Shown piece by piece: positions 24,286-38,922 of a DNA stretch of 64,000 bases; position 1 is the stretch's first letter, and the number at the start of each line of letters is the position of its first letter. Source of the DNA: Felis catus (Eukaryota); assembly GCF_018350175.1 (NCBI RefSeq), contig NC_058368.1:42162001-42226000 (forward strand). The letters run 5' to 3'. The notes below the pieces were generated by a model, which ran no database searches, was not told the DNA's origin, and saw only the letters and a list, made by a program, of their open reading frames with translations. The position numbers were made by a program, and so were the translations under genes.

Positions 24286-26799
24286 CCTCTAAGCAATGTT
24301 TTTGGAGGTTCTAAGGGCATTGCCTAAGCTTACATAGAAAGGTTCCATGGATGGGGTACCTTGGCCAGAATGTATCCTATTCTATTATCTTCCTTGTCTT
24401 ACAGACACCTAATAAAGATTTTGTAAGCCATTATTTATTTATGCTCCTTTGGGTGCTTAAATGCTTGATTTGATGGTACTATATAGCACCATTTTTATTC
24501 AGTTTACAATAAGTAAATAGTTCTAAGTTTTAAAAATCCAGTTTTGCAGTGTTTCCTAAAGTACACGTACTACAGAAATCCTACAGGATGTATAGCAGAT
24601 CTCTCGAGAATATTTTTTATGTTCTAATTGCCGAACAAGGGAATTAATTCTACAGTCAAACTTATTCAGCATACTCAATAGCAATGGTCCAAAGACAATA
24701 ATTTAAGCCTTGAAGACATTTTAGGAGAATCCAAGGATGACAAGTCTGTATCCACAGGGAATTTCAAGAAAGATGCAAACTTTAAACCAAAATAAATAAA
24801 AATAAAATCTTATATTAGTGTGTAAAATTAGAAACATGGATTTTTATTGCTAGAAGGAAATGAGTAGTGATGTATTTTAATCCCTTTATGTTACACAGGC
24901 AGACATCAAGATCACTGAAGTTAAAAAATAGGCATGAGTTACTCAACCTGCCACTTGCCTACTGGGATTATAACCTTCCCTCCATTATATATTTTATGAA
25001 AGAAAAATATTAATAGGTTTGTTGACATAAAAAGTAGTCACTATTCCAATCCCCTCATATTTTCTTCAGATTAAGATGATACTGTGACTTTTTCCTTATT
25101 TATTTTGCTACAGTATTTTTATCCACTCTGGATACAATACAATATTTGGCAGATTGCCCTTTTGGCTTAGCAGAGTTGATAAAAGGTTGCCAAATACCAC
25201 AGTAGTTCATATTTATTTTCTGTTTTATGACATTTTTTCCCAAAGCCCAATGTTCTTTTCCGAAGTAAACCATCAATCAATTCTTGAAAAAAAAAAATGA
25301 CTTCTTCAATGGGTTGCCAATGTAGCTCTAGCTGCTGACAGCATGTCTTTTATGAATGCAAAATATATTTTTAATAGTTCAAATCCAGGGGAAAAATGTC
25401 AAATTTTAGACTCTTGTGTAGGTAGGTGTAAATAGATGTAGATCTATCTATACATACCCACACATAGATGTGTGTTCATCTATGTATAAACATTCCCACT
25501 ACAAATATTTACATTAAATTTTATTTTAAATCTCAAATACAATTCAATTTAATTTTTCCTTTCTGAGGCTTGGTATCATGAACAGTTCAGTGTTACCAGA
25601 CTAGCAGCTGTTCAGAGCTCTGGTAGTTCAGAGTAGCCCCAGGTGGTATGATCTAATGTTGACTAACTCACAGTTTAGAAGATGTTGGAAGAATAGATAA
25701 CCACTTCTTGCTGGAAACTTGTGTCCAAGCCAGTATCCAACATGAATCAGACTATTAGTTACTATATTAGAACAGGCCCATCTGCTGAACACTTTTTGCC
25801 CAGTGTAATCTTGGCTGTGTACGATTACCTTTGTCGTTGTTATGGAAGCAAACAGCTAGTCATCTATTCTACAAACAGTTCTCCAACCCACATCTACTCA
25901 TTAGCATAATTAAATAACTACTATATAGATTAGGACAGTTCCTGGATTTTGTAGTCTCTGCTGTTTATAATTCTTTCCGATGGAACCTACAGTAAAGCAC
26001 TCAATCTAAGTCTGTTTATAAATTTGGTATAATAATAATATAAACTTGGGATAATATACCCTATTTTGCTGTATTTAGTGAGACAAATTAGTACAGTGCT
26101 TAGCACAGTGTCTTCCATGCAAGCATCCATCAATCAATCTATTTAATTTTCAAATATTGGCAACTAGCACATGCATAATGGTAGCAATTATTATGCATTT
26201 TGCAAAAGGAAAACAGGGTCATTTGTGTCCATTTATACTTTTAAAAATCTAATCTTAATTCTATATTTCATCACAGCTACTTTTCTACCCCAGATACCTA
26301 CAAATTAAGTTAGGAAAGTATCCTAGCTGGCACTTTACTTTTATTTTTCCCTTAGCAATATAAACAAAAACTCCATTAACATACTCAAACCTGAAGTTTG
26401 GTCCGTAATTAAGTCTCATATTTACAGAATATTTTTATCAGTATGAAATTAGACCATTTACAACCATTTTTCTTCTCTAATGAGAAATATAAATGCAAAT
26501 ATACAGTAATTTTCAGGATTATTTTAGATTATAGTTTAAAAGTTATAGTTTTATGATTCCCCTATAATTCCCTTTCTTCATCAAAAACACACTTTGTTCT
26601 AGCCTATAGCATTCAAAATCTAAGAAAAAACACTGCATTGCTTAAAAGTTTAAATGACTATCAAATAGATATATATGGATTTAGACAACACTGTTAAACA
26701 CACTATTTTTCAAATGCTTCAAACTGAAAAATTACAAAAGCATTATAGTCTAATATATCTTATCATTTAAATACAAACAATTTTGTAGGGTGGTATAAA

Positions 26800-27005
26800 A
26801 GAACTTTGGCTAGGATCTGAAAACTTTCTAACTACTTCTGTCCTTCAACAGGTGTGTGAGTTAGTTAACTTCCCAGGCATCAATTTCCTTCTCTGAAATG
26901 GGAATAATAACCAACATTTTAATGAGCTGTAATGAGATCACGTACATGAAGAACTGCACACAGTGCATAGCATAAAAACATGAGATATTTGTGATTACTA
27001 TTAAC
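26800..27005 (+). mobile_element. MIR
   Basis: 'agttaacttcccaggcatcaatttccttctctgaaatgggaataata...aatgagatcacgtacatgaa'. Confidence 0.6.
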
Positions 27006-27482
27006 ATAATTTTAAATAATTTGAGAGTTATAAGTAGTAGATGATGAAATATATTATTTTTAGGTCCTGAGAATTTTTAATCCTTTGTATTATTCAAAGC
27101 AATACACAAGTCTTAATAAATATTAAATTTCTTAATAGTTCTTTATTCTTCAGAGGTATTCATAATTATAACAATCTATAAACTTTCTGAACTCTTTAAT
27201 GGTAAAAGATAAAGGGAGGCAGATGGATAGCCATCCAGTTGGTTTCCATTTTCCAGATGTATCCTGGGAAGGCTAGCTGTGAAGGAATAGTGGTGGGTGT
27301 GGTAGGGGTGAATGGAGGAACATTCAAGAACCAGCTAGAAAAGCAGATCAAAGGACAAGCTTTCTCATTTTAAGAGTATTCTGGGTAGTTTCCTCTCAAA
27401 TTTGCAACCAAAGTAATGCAAATGACCAGACCTGCAGGAAAAAGCTGGACATTACTATCAAATAATAAAAATATATACAGCA

Positions 27483-27696
27483 AGGGCACCTAAGTGGCTC
27501 AGTCGGTTAAGCTTCCAACTCTTGATTTCAGCTCAAGTCATGATCTCAAGGTTCATGGGATCAAGCCCAGCATGGGGCTCTGCACCCATAGCATGGAGCC
27601 TGCTTGGGATTCTCTCTCTCCCTCTCTCTCCACCCCTCTCCTGCTCTCTCTCTCTCTTTCTCTCTGTCAAAATAAATAAATTTAAAAGAAAAAAAA
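27483..27696 (+). mobile_element. Can-SINE
   Basis: 'gggcacctaagtggctcagtcggttaag', (CT)n, A tail. Confidence 0.95.
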
Positions 27697-28269
27697 TATG
27701 TAGAACATTTATAGCCCACAAGTCTATCCTAATGAACAAAGCAAATCTTGGCAAATGTAAGGATATGAATTATATTTGGGAATCTCAATTTCTTTCTCTC
27801 TGATACTGAAGCAAGGCAGGGCATATGAAATTTGATTTTAATCAAATTTCTATAGTGCAATGATATATCATCAACATGCCATGAACAACACAGACTAGAT
27901 AAAAGTCAACATAGGCAATATGTCATTACTATTTATAGCAAATATATGATACGTGATTTTTATATTTATAAAAGCATTTTTTAAACAATTATATAGTCAT
28001 GGAATAATTTAACCTCAAATTATTCTACTGTTAAAGTAAAAAAAGAGATTTTAACTGTTAACAGACTTAAGAGCAGGTAATGTGACCCAATTCCTGATAC
28101 TTGCCTGATAAGTCTTTCAAATTCAATCTGATTAAATTCAAGTTCATTGAATATATTTCCATTCCTGCTTCCCCATAAAGCACTACTAGGCTAATTGACC
28201 ACAGAAGTTAAATATGCTATCAGCCTTACAAAATGCAGATTAGTCATGACTACTTTTGCTCCTGCTTCT

Positions 28270-28428
28270 TCAGGTGCAGACCCTAAACCAGCTGCATCAT
28301 CAACACCTAAAAGCTTAGTAGAAATACAGAATCTCAGGCCCTACCACAGGATTACTGAATGCATATCTGCCTTTTAACAAGTTCTCCAAGGGAATTGCAT
28401 GCACACTACATTTTGAGAAACCACACTA
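28270..28428. mobile_element. MER5A-like hAT-Charlie element
   Basis: 'tagaaatacagaatctcaggccctacc...actgaat...ttttaacaag...tttgagaaaccac'. Confidence 0.75.
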
Positions 28429-29539
28429 AAGGTATTCCTATGATTTAAAGACAAAAACAATCATTTTTTTAACAGAAAAGAAAGGAAGAACACCTGGAGT
28501 CTGAGGACTAAGTAGAATACATCTTAAGATTTATAGAAAACTTTATTCAGCTTTCTTATAATGGAAAACAGGCAAAATGATAAAGATGACAAGATCTCCC
28601 TAGAATCTACTTGTTTTAGTAATTATTCTATAGTAAACAAGAATGTTTAAATTATTACCAAATGTGTGGCCAAAGTAGGAAAAGAAATCAGTAAATTCTA
28701 CAAAGGCACTAAATACAGTAGCAGGTCTGTCTCTCAGGGTCAATATCATTATTGAAATGACACTTTTTTGTGTGTTTCCTGCAAGGGTTCATGATCATAA
28801 CAATTTAGCACCAATCTGTATATACTTCCAGTTCAGCGCCTTCTAATTTCAGTGTATCTCTTTGTTTCTACTTCTGTCTTGTAAGTACTTACAGGCTCAT
28901 GAAAGTAGGGATCATGTTTTATTAGCTTTTGTACTCTAGTTATCTACCTTAGTCCTTGGCAAAAACAATGGATGCTTAATGAATATTTATTGAATACCAC
29001 TGAAAATATATTCAACAAAGTCAATATGATCAGAAGCTTTCATAAATTTTATAAGAATATTCCATATTTTGGCCTGGGCCATTGTTACTAGATAAAGCAA
29101 TGTTATCAAAATAATAATTATCATAAATAAAAATAAATCTATTATTGAAGCATACACAAGGCATAATAATAAAAAAAGAGGCATAGAATATCAAGTGAAA
29201 GACAATAAGTCATAAAAGAGAATATGTGTGGAAAGTGCTAACCAAAAAGGACTATATGCTATAGAATTATGTTTTTATTACTGTCATTTACTATCATAAA
29301 AGCATGCAGACACAATTCACTGAGTATGTTGTTAACTTTACAAAAAGGTTTTGACCATAGGTTTGGAATAATTTCTTATGGACTTAAAATTCTCTTTTGG
29401 AAGGAAAGGATTAGTATAAATACAGATTTTTTTTCTCTAAGTTACCTTCTGTCTACATCATATTTTTAATACCTTGTAAATCAAAATGAATCAGTATGAA
29501 AAATGTAGGATTTTACAGTCCAATGAATCCACTCAAATT

Positions 29540-29730
29540 TAAGGTTAGTGTTGTCATTTACTTACTAGTTGTATGACAATGGATAATTTATTTAACTTCT
29601 CAGGCTCCTAATTACCTCATCTGTTAAAAAGTAGATTAAAAAAATGTATAGTTTTTAACGTTACCAGGAATATAATGAATGTAAAATACCAGGGCAGGTA
29701 GGTACTCAGTTAGTAGTAACTATATTGTTT
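29540..29730 (+). mobile_element. MIR
   Basis: 'cacttactagttgtatgac'-like start, 'ttatttaacttctc...cctcatctgttaaaa'. Confidence 0.55.
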
Positions 29731-30739
29731 ATTCCACTTTATATAAGCAAGAAGGAGCACTGAAGTATATGATGACACAAGCTTAAATTACACTTCTAAC
29801 ACTAATACACTTTGTTTCTATTAAGAGAGCTATATTAACCTCTAAATATGTATCTAAAAGACACCAAAAGAAATTTGAAGAATCTTATAACCAAGTGCCA
29901 GAGAGCAAAACATTTTCAAGTAGCAAATATTACTTTGGTGAAATATTCCAAGCTTAGGAAAAATGAACATCATTATGGAAGCTGGTTGGGAGTTTTTCTA
30001 TGGTATTGTCAATAACACTACAAGATACATATTGCTAACTTTTTTTTCTTTGCTATCTTCTCTTATACATGAAGAAACAACACCCATATAATTCAATTTT
30101 AGCTAATACAAATATATTTTTTATTTTGTCACACTTACCATTTGTGATCATCTTAACACTGATGATGAAGTGGAACTTCTAATAGCACTTTTTGAGACTT
30201 GATTGCAATTTCATTGAATATTATTTTAGCATAGGCATTTTTGTGTCAATAAGAAGTCATGCCTACCACAAATTCTGCCTCATATTTGTTTATAAATAAA
30301 ATTGTATTTTAGTTCAGTAAGGAAACAAAAACTTATTAGAACAGTGAATATCAAAACACTGTGACTGCTGATTTCAATTATTAGTTTATAGCCTCATAAA
30401 TCTTTTGTCCACCAGGGGGAAAACAAGTGGAAAGAGGTATTCTTGCCATTTTACAAAGAAATTCTAATTGACAAAGGGGGCAAAACAGTTGTACTGAAGA
30501 ATCTGCTAATGAGGCCCCTATGGTCCTGCATTAAGCATCTTCCAGTGTACCAGGTGTGTGATTGTCAAAGATTTTGTAATCATGAGGGGAATAACTAATA
30601 AAGATATTTTAAGGAATGCTCCCATTCAGCTTCCATAACAATGCTATTTTTCTATGCTTAAAATAATTCATCAAATTAATAGCTCATACTTGAAATATTT
30701 TTGCTTACTGGCAGTTAATTCCAATATTCTTCAGACCCA

Positions 30740-30823
30740 TCTCTCTCTCTCTCTCTCTCTCCCCCTCTCCCTCTCCCTCTCCCTCTCCCTCTCCCTCTCC
30801 CTCTCCCTCTCTCTCTCTCTCTC
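30740..30823. repeat. Compound (CT)n-(CCCTCT)n-(CT)n polypyrimidine repeat
   Basis: Direct reading. Confidence 0.95.
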
Positions 30824-32489
30824 ATTCCTTCTTCTTCTTGGTTGCAAAGTTTGCAGCCCAAAATATTTTCACAAGCCTGTAGAAAATCATGAAACATAAA
30901 GATTTCATAAAATTACTTCTGAATTGAGACTCCTCTTTCAATATTGTCTTATGGGTAGAACTTTCAAGATACACATCACACCTATAAGGATTAAAAATGT
31001 AGTTTAGAGGAAGGAGGTATATTATATATATATAAGGTGATAAAATATAAAATCCCTAATATCACTGTATACCAAATCTTTGAGAATCAGGTAATTCTAA
31101 ACTAGGCATCAAAAAAGAAAAAAGAAAAGAAAAGAAAGCAGAGCAAAGGAAAAGAAAAACTCGGAGGGTTTAGCTTCCACTCTAATCAAACAGTGTTGGG
31201 TCAGGAGGACTCCAATATTTAAAAGACATATTATAGACACTGAAAAATCACTATGTCAAACACTGAAATTATTACACTCTGATGATACCGAGAAAGAAAT
31301 CATTTGCATATAAAATGTATCTGATTTGTCTAGAAGCAACTTTTTTTCTATTCCGATTTCACAGCCTAAGGCACTGACGCAGCCTGGGGGGATTTAAAGT
31401 AGTGTGTGGAAGAAAGAGAGCATTTGAGTGCCATAAAATAGAATAGCGCCGAGTACAACATCTGACTATGGACTGTTACTTCCATAAGCAGTAACACACA
31501 CACACAAACACTAATCTTATGACTGGGTGACCACAGTTTAGTTGTTACAAGATTAAAAATAACATTTGAGAAAATAATTAAGAACAGGTTTATCAGTTAT
31601 TTTTCTTTTGGCTTAAACATTATTTCCTAAAAAGGTCAGGTAGTAACACCACTCTCAGTATTTATAGTTCCAGTGGCAACCATCACAGACACCAGTTTGT
31701 TCCAGCATTATCCCGATCCTGTGGTTATATGTGTTCACGCTTGCTAGTAACACTGGAGCAGCCTAAATGGGGATAGGCAATCAATAGACAATCAGCGTAA
31801 TTCCTCACACGCATAAATGCAAATTGTTCACATGGAACTGTTCACTTTCCCCTTTTCTGGCAGGAGCATGATGAATGGAGTCAGTGATGGTTGTGGAAAT
31901 TGATTTTTCATAAGCACCAACTCTTTTCACTTGTCAAAAAATGAGAAGATCGCTACCATGGGCTGATGCTCCTGGAATTAATAGAATAGAGATGACCGCC
32001 TCAAGGCATTCTGACTCTCAGAATTCCTAAAGCAATTCCTAAAGCAGTAAAAACACTATCTAATTTGAATGTAAGCAAAGAAGGCAAGCATTAAAATAAA
32101 GTAGATGTATTGTATTCTTTAAGCAGAATATAAAAGAAAACAGAGATTTTTGCCAAATAACTCCTGGTGCATAGTTGATACTCAATAAATATTTGTTGAA
32201 ATGTGTAAATGAATGGAAAAGGAAGGAGAGAAGGGAGGAAGGACTGAAGGAAAAAACAGATATCAAAATAAAGATGAGTATTATTTACCTAGCATATGTA
32301 AACAAAAATCTGAAAGATAAAAACAAAGATATCTTTGGAAATTGTATTGATTTCATGGTGGTTTTTCAGATAGTATTGAATATAATTTGCCTATTATTCT
32401 GTTCTTCATTAACTATAGCAGCTTTTATTCTTTGTTGTTAACCATACTATCCAACTTGGCAAATTATTCTTCCATTGTTCTTTTTTAAA

Positions 32490-32710
32490 AATTGTTTTCT
32501 TAATGTTTATTCATTTTTGAGAAAGAGAGGGAGACAGAGTGTGAGCAGGGGAGGGTAAAAGAGAGAGGGAGACACAGAATCCGAAGCAGGCTCCAGGCTC
32601 CGAGCTGTCAGCACGGAGACTGACGCAGGACTCGAATTCACAAACCGTGCACAAGATTATGACCTGAGCCGAAGTCAGATGCTTAACCAACTGAGCAACC
32701 CAGGGGTCCC
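32490..32710 (-). mobile_element. Can-SINE
   Basis: 'gaagcaggctccaggctccgagctgtcagcac...gacctgagccgaagtcag'; degenerate TSD tattcttccattgttctt / tatccttcgggtgttctt. Confidence 0.93.
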
Positions 32711-33645
32711 TATCCTTCGGGTGTTCTTAAAAAGAGAACAAGGACAAGTGTTCTGTTATACATGACATAGTGAAATTCAGGTTCAAAAAGAGCCTAGCCT
32801 CTTTAAACAACCAAGGGGGGATATCTGAAAAATAATGAATGTTACTACCAAAACCCATGCTTTTAAAATACAAGCAGGACAGAGTGGAGTCAGAGACAAG
32901 CTACCAGAAGTTTAGTACTAATTAGTAAAACATAGTCACATTAATGTGCAAATGTATTTCTGAAGTAAAACATGTAAATGCCACTAGTGTTTAGTTTACC
33001 CACTGGTCACAGGGAACAATGGACAACAGGCCTCTTACCTTTTAAAATGTCAACACATAGTATTTAATGTGGCTATACCAAAATTGTGGCACAGTATCAG
33101 CGAAAATACAAGAAAATAAGACTCCTTTTAGTTATGAAGATAAAAGATGTAACATTAAGAAAGCTATGCCTTCCAAATAAACAGGTTTGTTCAGAACGTT
33201 TTTAATAACTTATTGCAGACTAATTATAAATAATCGCCATGGAAATTTAAGCCCCAACTAGTGTAACTTCTTTGTAGCTTAATTATTTCTTCTTTCTCAC
33301 TTACAATTTTCTCTAGCATAAATTTATTAAGCTGTTATTAATCAATGATGGTTATGAGACAAGATGCACAATTTCTAACTAATTCCAAAGTCTGCTTAGA
33401 TATTCATATAAATGCAATTTGAGTGTTTATGCTATTAAAGTGATATATTTGCATAAAAATAAATACTTATCATATTAGGTAATAGTATAAGTCTGTTAGT
33501 CACCAATGCCTGGAGCAAGCCTGGCTTGATGCACAGAAAAAATATATACATTTACTTATCTGGGTACAAATATCCAAATATTCATTATTGGGCTCCCAAT
33601 GAAATAGTCAGCTTTGAATGCACTAGTTCTATTAATTGACTTTTA

Positions 33646-33874
33646 TTTATTTATTTTTTTAATTTTTTTTTCAACGTTTATTTATTTTTGGGACAGAGAG
33701 AGACCGAGCATGAACGGGGGAGGGGCAGAGAGAGAGGGAGACACAGAATCGGAAACAGGCTCCAGGCTCTGAGCCATCAGCCCAGAGCCCGACGCGGGGC
33801 TGGAACTCACGGACCGCGAGATCGTGACCTGGCTGAAGTCGGACGCTTAACCGACTGCGCCACCCAGGCGCCCC
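33646..33874 (-). mobile_element. Very young felid Can-SINE (SINEC_Fc-like)
   Basis: CpG-rich; perfect 16-bp TSD tattaattgactttta (33630-33645, 33875-33890). Confidence 0.97.
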
Positions 33875-34347
33875 TATTAATTGACTTTTAAATTAAAATC
33901 AAATATTATGTTGGGCTGGTCATCCTCATTACATAACACGATTCTAATACAAATGCATTTATTTTTCATGATATTTCAAAGTTTAGAGAAAAGTTTATTG
34001 AGTACTGCTATTCATTAGGACAGGTGCTTTACATATATCATATATGTTTCCCAGATCAAATCTTTAAGTTGTAGATTTAATTCCTTCTCACAAACTAGAA
34101 AATTAAGATGTGAAGAAATCAAGTAACTACATTAAATTTACTAAAATGTTAGCCGTACAGAATTTAGCATGTACACCTGAGGACAGACTGGATACCCTTT
34201 CCAGGACACTTTGATCTAGCCCTAGATAAAGGTGTCTATAAAACCAACAAACTAAACCAGTTCTAGATCAGTAAGATTGTGATCAAGTGCCAGTATGCCA
34301 ATAGTCAGAACCCAAGTGTACGGGGCATGTGCACAATCAATTCCCCC

Positions 34348-34348
<1 letters not shown>

Positions 34349-34391
<43 letters not shown>
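34349..34391. repeat. (AC)~21 microsatellite
   Basis: Direct reading. Confidence 0.97.
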
Positions 34392-34393
<2 letters not shown>

Positions 34394-37300
34394 ACATACT
34401 CTCAAAATATTTTTAAACTGGATTTCCTTGACTTTACCTAAGTTACCATTAATTTTCCTTTCTAGGTTTGTGGATAGCCTAGAGAGAGTAGGAGGGGAAA
34501 TTTCTCTGTAGGTATTTCAAAAGGTCATGTGTACTTTCATAAATATTTTCTATCTTGATGGGTTATTAAAGAAACATTTTTGTGTGTGAAACAAGCCATA
34601 GTTTTGTAAATCTTGGTGTCTTGGCAATATTGTATAGAGTATGAACTCAGTTGACTGTATAATAATTACTATTTGCATGGCTAACACATTGGGATCAAAG
34701 TTTTGGAAGTTTATTAATTCCTTTAATGATGAATGTTGTATATACCTGTTCCCTTTTCCTAAATTAGGGCCAGGAAACGGAGTCTGCAAAAGACTAAAAC
34801 TTCAAAGGATACCATTTTGTTTAGGAATTTTAATTTATATAAAATGTTTCTCTTTCACACGCGCATGCACACACACACACACACAAGACACACACACAGA
34901 TACACATCTATATGTCTCTTTCACATCTATGTGACTGATACATATCAATTGATAACTACAGTCCACTTACTGAACCATTTGCAATAATCTGCTTTGTGTT
35001 TTAAAAAAACTACCTAATACATAGAAGCTAAATGAGTACATTAAATACCTTAGGATTTTCTACTTTAGTTCCAATTTTAACAAAATATCCTAATAATATT
35101 GTAATGATATTTTGATATTTTTGAGTAAAATTAATTAAGAAATTTCATGCCAATAAAATTATGCATTTAATTAGATTTTCCAATTTATGGAGATAAATAG
35201 TTGATCCCAAGATTTTTTTTTATCACTCTAGAGAACTATTTTACTAGGGACCAAAATAAAAATATCCAAATAAATCACTGCTGCTGAATACAAAATATAC
35301 AGACATTTCCTTCTTAAAGAACAGAATCTCATCTAGTTTCTTCATTGATAACATTTTGAGAATATATATCTATTATCACGATTTGAAATCTTGACTGGTT
35401 TCAGAACACTGCTGTGGTAAGGAGCAGCCTTTATAAATTCAGGTGTATGACTTTGCCCTTTTTCTCCTAGCCACGTGCAGATTCACTTGCTGAGCAAACG
35501 ACAAAACACACATTTTAATTAAAATGTGTCCAAAAAAAGAAGTCTTAAATTCTCTTTTATAGTTAGTTATATTGCTATCCTTAATTGGTGTTTAAGTTCT
35601 GTTGTTTCTTACTGTTATAATTAAAAAAAAATTTGATCATGTTTCTCAGGAGAAGAGGATTTATTTCAACTCCAAGTTCAATGAGCATCTAATTTTTTAA
35701 ATAAAAATTCATTTATCCTGAATAAGCACAGAAAATGACAGTGTCTTAACTCTTATATTGTGACACAGTATCAGCAGAAAAGAAAATTAAAAAAAAAACT
35801 AAACTGAAAATATATCAAATCAATAGACAAATTAATAACTCATAGTATTCTTCCCTTCCGTGTTACAAATGCTGACAAGGTCAGAAACATACACAGAAAG
35901 AAAAAGAATTCGTGTTCTCTGTCAAAAGGTATGATAATTTATTTCAAATGAAAAGCCAAAGTTGTTTAAAGTAAAGCTTAAAATGGGTGTCAGTGTGCGT
36001 GATTACAACAAGTACCCTACAAAGAAGGGGTCTGTTAGGGCAGCCAAAACCAAAAAAATGTGTTCTATGTCATCACTTCCTTCAACTGAGCATAAGAAAG
36101 ATAAAGCGCTTGGCTGTGGAGTCCATATTTTAACAAATAAAAAGAAGCCTACCCGAACCACTGTTTTGCCAAACTTGGATTTTCCAATCTTAACAGAGCT
36201 GTTTACTCAAGCATTGATTTATATATTTATTTTTCCCATCATAAAACTTTCCATTTGCTTTCTCCCACAGCAGTTGATGAGAAGGAAAAACAAATCCTTC
36301 AACAGGGATTTTGCTTGACTCTTTATTAAAATGAACAATCTTGAAAGGACTGTAGGGAAAGACTAGACTCTCTTTTTTACCCACTCTGCAGTCCAGAGTG
36401 GTTCAAATTAATATTCACTATGACAAAAAATATGTAGATTCTTTTATGGTTGGAACCTATTTGATTTTAAAAGTCAACACCTCTAGTTAGGCTTTCATGA
36501 AATCCCTAAATATGAGCACATTGGAGAGAGTAACTGTTGTATTTTTTTAAAATATGCTTTGCAATTTCTCTTCATTCTAATTCATTCTAAGGGACAAACA
36601 TAAGGTTTAACAGAAAAGAGAACTATGGTACATTAAGATAAAAAAAAATAATGCTTACTTCTTTCTCTTTATTCAGAGTAATTCAAAGTAAGTAATTTTT
36701 AGGGTATTAATATTATTAATATTATGAATAATCAGAAAACTTGAATATTTATCTTATTCTAATAAAGTATTTTATAAACATTTAGATTAAATTAAAATGC
36801 TTATCTGCTTTCCAATGACAATAAATTTAGTCATTAAAATAAAAACCAAAACATAATCTACCTTATGTGCTATTCATGGTATTAGATACTATTATAAGAT
36901 AAAAAGAGGATTTATGTTTGGTGAAATAAATTTCTAGGCCTAAAATGGAGCCTCTCCTGCCCATGTACCACATCAGCAAACCAAAACTTTAACAACTTCT
37001 GTGTCCCTGTAAATTCTCCACTTGATAAGACACAAGAGTATTTCTAGGCAGCCAATCCCCAAATGCCAATCCAACTCGCAGTCTTCTCACCCCAAACAAG
37101 GTAGATTACATTGCCCCAGCCAATCAGATATTTTTTTCTATTTTTTTCTCATTCTCTATTCTTTATCCTTTGAAAGTTTTCTTCCTTCTGACCCATTCTG
37201 CAGTTATCTAAAAGGAAGCTGCCCACTTCATGAAGCATTAAGTAAATGTCTGTGTCACCTGAATTGTTTTTCTTCAATCATTTTTAAACAATTTTTGGTG

Positions 37301-37454
37301 ATAAGGAATGAGGCTGCTAACAGCCTGCAGGACAATGAGATTCACAGGCCAGGTTGCCACTGAACCCTTTGAGTTCACTGTTTCTGTCATAGTAATGAGA
37401 ACTGTGAGTAAGCCACTTGGATTTAAGCTCTGCTCCTTTGTGTGCAGCTCTGAT

Positions 37455-37458
<4 letters not shown>

Positions 37459-37509
<51 letters not shown>
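37459..37509. repeat. (AG)25 microsatellite inside the ERV internal region
   Basis: Direct reading. Confidence 0.97.
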
Positions 37510-37512
<3 letters not shown>

Positions 37513-38726
37513 TGATTTCAGAAAGGTTCTGAGGTCCTGAAAAGATTCAGGATTTATTAAAATTACCAGAAAGATTCTGGGTCTCCAGAAAAATTCTGGG
37601 ATAACTACATTGGGAGTCCACTGTGGGTGGTAGCTCTTAGGAAAAAGCCTTAAGGTAAATCCACAGCATAAACTGATAGGGGACATGGGAAAAGAACTCA
37701 AAATAAGAAATTCATCAAAATAAAAATCTAAGCAGGTGCAAATGGGACTATTAAAAGATATTAGGGTATCCACCATTGTAAAGAAATCTTCTCTTGAAAG
37801 GAATAATAGACCAACTGCAAATGGCAATCTCGGAAGCCAAAGCCACAACATTGGTAGACGTGGGGTGGAGCACTATAAAGCTGTTAAAAAGCTCACAACC
37901 TAACTCTAAGACTCCTGTGCTGGAATACATTGGTCAGGGAATTGGTTAGATTGACACTAAACCAACCTGCTAATCTCAAGAAAATTTATGCACAGTGAGG
38001 TACAATGTAAAATACCACAAACTCCCCAACCCAGCAATACACAATGTACCCTTCTTAGGTATTAAAGTGGCTTTGAGAAACCCAAAGTTTAGTTACAGAA
38101 ATGGGATCCTCAAGTTTCAAAGAATTGAGCATACCATCCTTTTGGCACATCTGCTTATTCTATGTCTAAGAACTGTGATCCTGGAAGCTGTAGATACTGA
38201 CAAAAATGGTAAAATCTTACTAAGACAACCAAGAATTACAATGACCATTATGAGGAGCATACCAGTTAGATAAGACCATTTACATCAACAAGAGTGCTTG
38301 AAAGAAATCGTTCCCAAATCAAACAGAATGAAATGCCTATTTTAATTATCATGCAGAAGCTGTCAAAAGGCTTCAAAATTCCAAAATAGCTTCACCGGAT
38401 GATTCACTGTAAAGGCCAATGAAAAATTAAAGACACATGTACTTTAAACAAAAACATATAGGACTGAAATAACTTCTACTACTTTCCTCTATCCTCCTTT
38501 ATCTGAGTACTCACAGTCTACTTACCCTCTTTCTGAATTGCTTTTCCACTCTGAAGAGATCACAAGCCTATAAACGAAAGTCCATCGAGCTAGTGGGCTT
38601 ACAATTGCAACAGCTTAAAGACTAGAGATGTAAAACACTTCGGACTCCCCTGTGCACTCTGCTAGGGGTCCATAATCAAAACTGACCCTGAATTCCAATG
38701 TCTCAGTTTCTCTCAAACAGCTTCAT

Positions 38727-38922
38727 TGAATAAACACTTGGGGGAAGTAGACACAGTTATTTAAAAATATATAAATAGGCCAACTGACTTATAGAAGTAT
38801 TCCTCAATTTGGGATTTCTTGACTTATTTGATTCTGGCTGATTTGGGTCATGGGGACCCTGGCTCAGGAGTATTCTCAAAACCATGGACATTGTTTTGTT
38901 GCTAATAATTACTATTTTCTAA
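38727..38922 (+). pseudogene. env: Decayed retroviral env transmembrane-subunit remnant
   Basis: Translation from 38821 is DLFDSG*FGSWGPWLRSILKTMDIVLLLIITIF*; the upstream frameshifted segment resembles the post-CX6CC 'WINTSGEVE...QA.WL' region of gamma-type TM. Confidence 0.65.

Noticed and set aside
30132..30270. Minus-strand donor-like site (acttacc) as a coding exon
   Set aside because: No good acceptor, and the longer frames contain stops.
31845..32005. Strong plus-strand acceptor-like 'ttccccttttctggcag'
   Set aside because: Stops in all three frames shortly after it and no canonical donor nearby.
37291..37315. Assigning the primer tRNA of the ERV from 'tggtgataaggaatgagg'
   Set aside because: Too decayed to match a tRNA 3' end that I can identify; no support for a link to the tRNA-His fragment.
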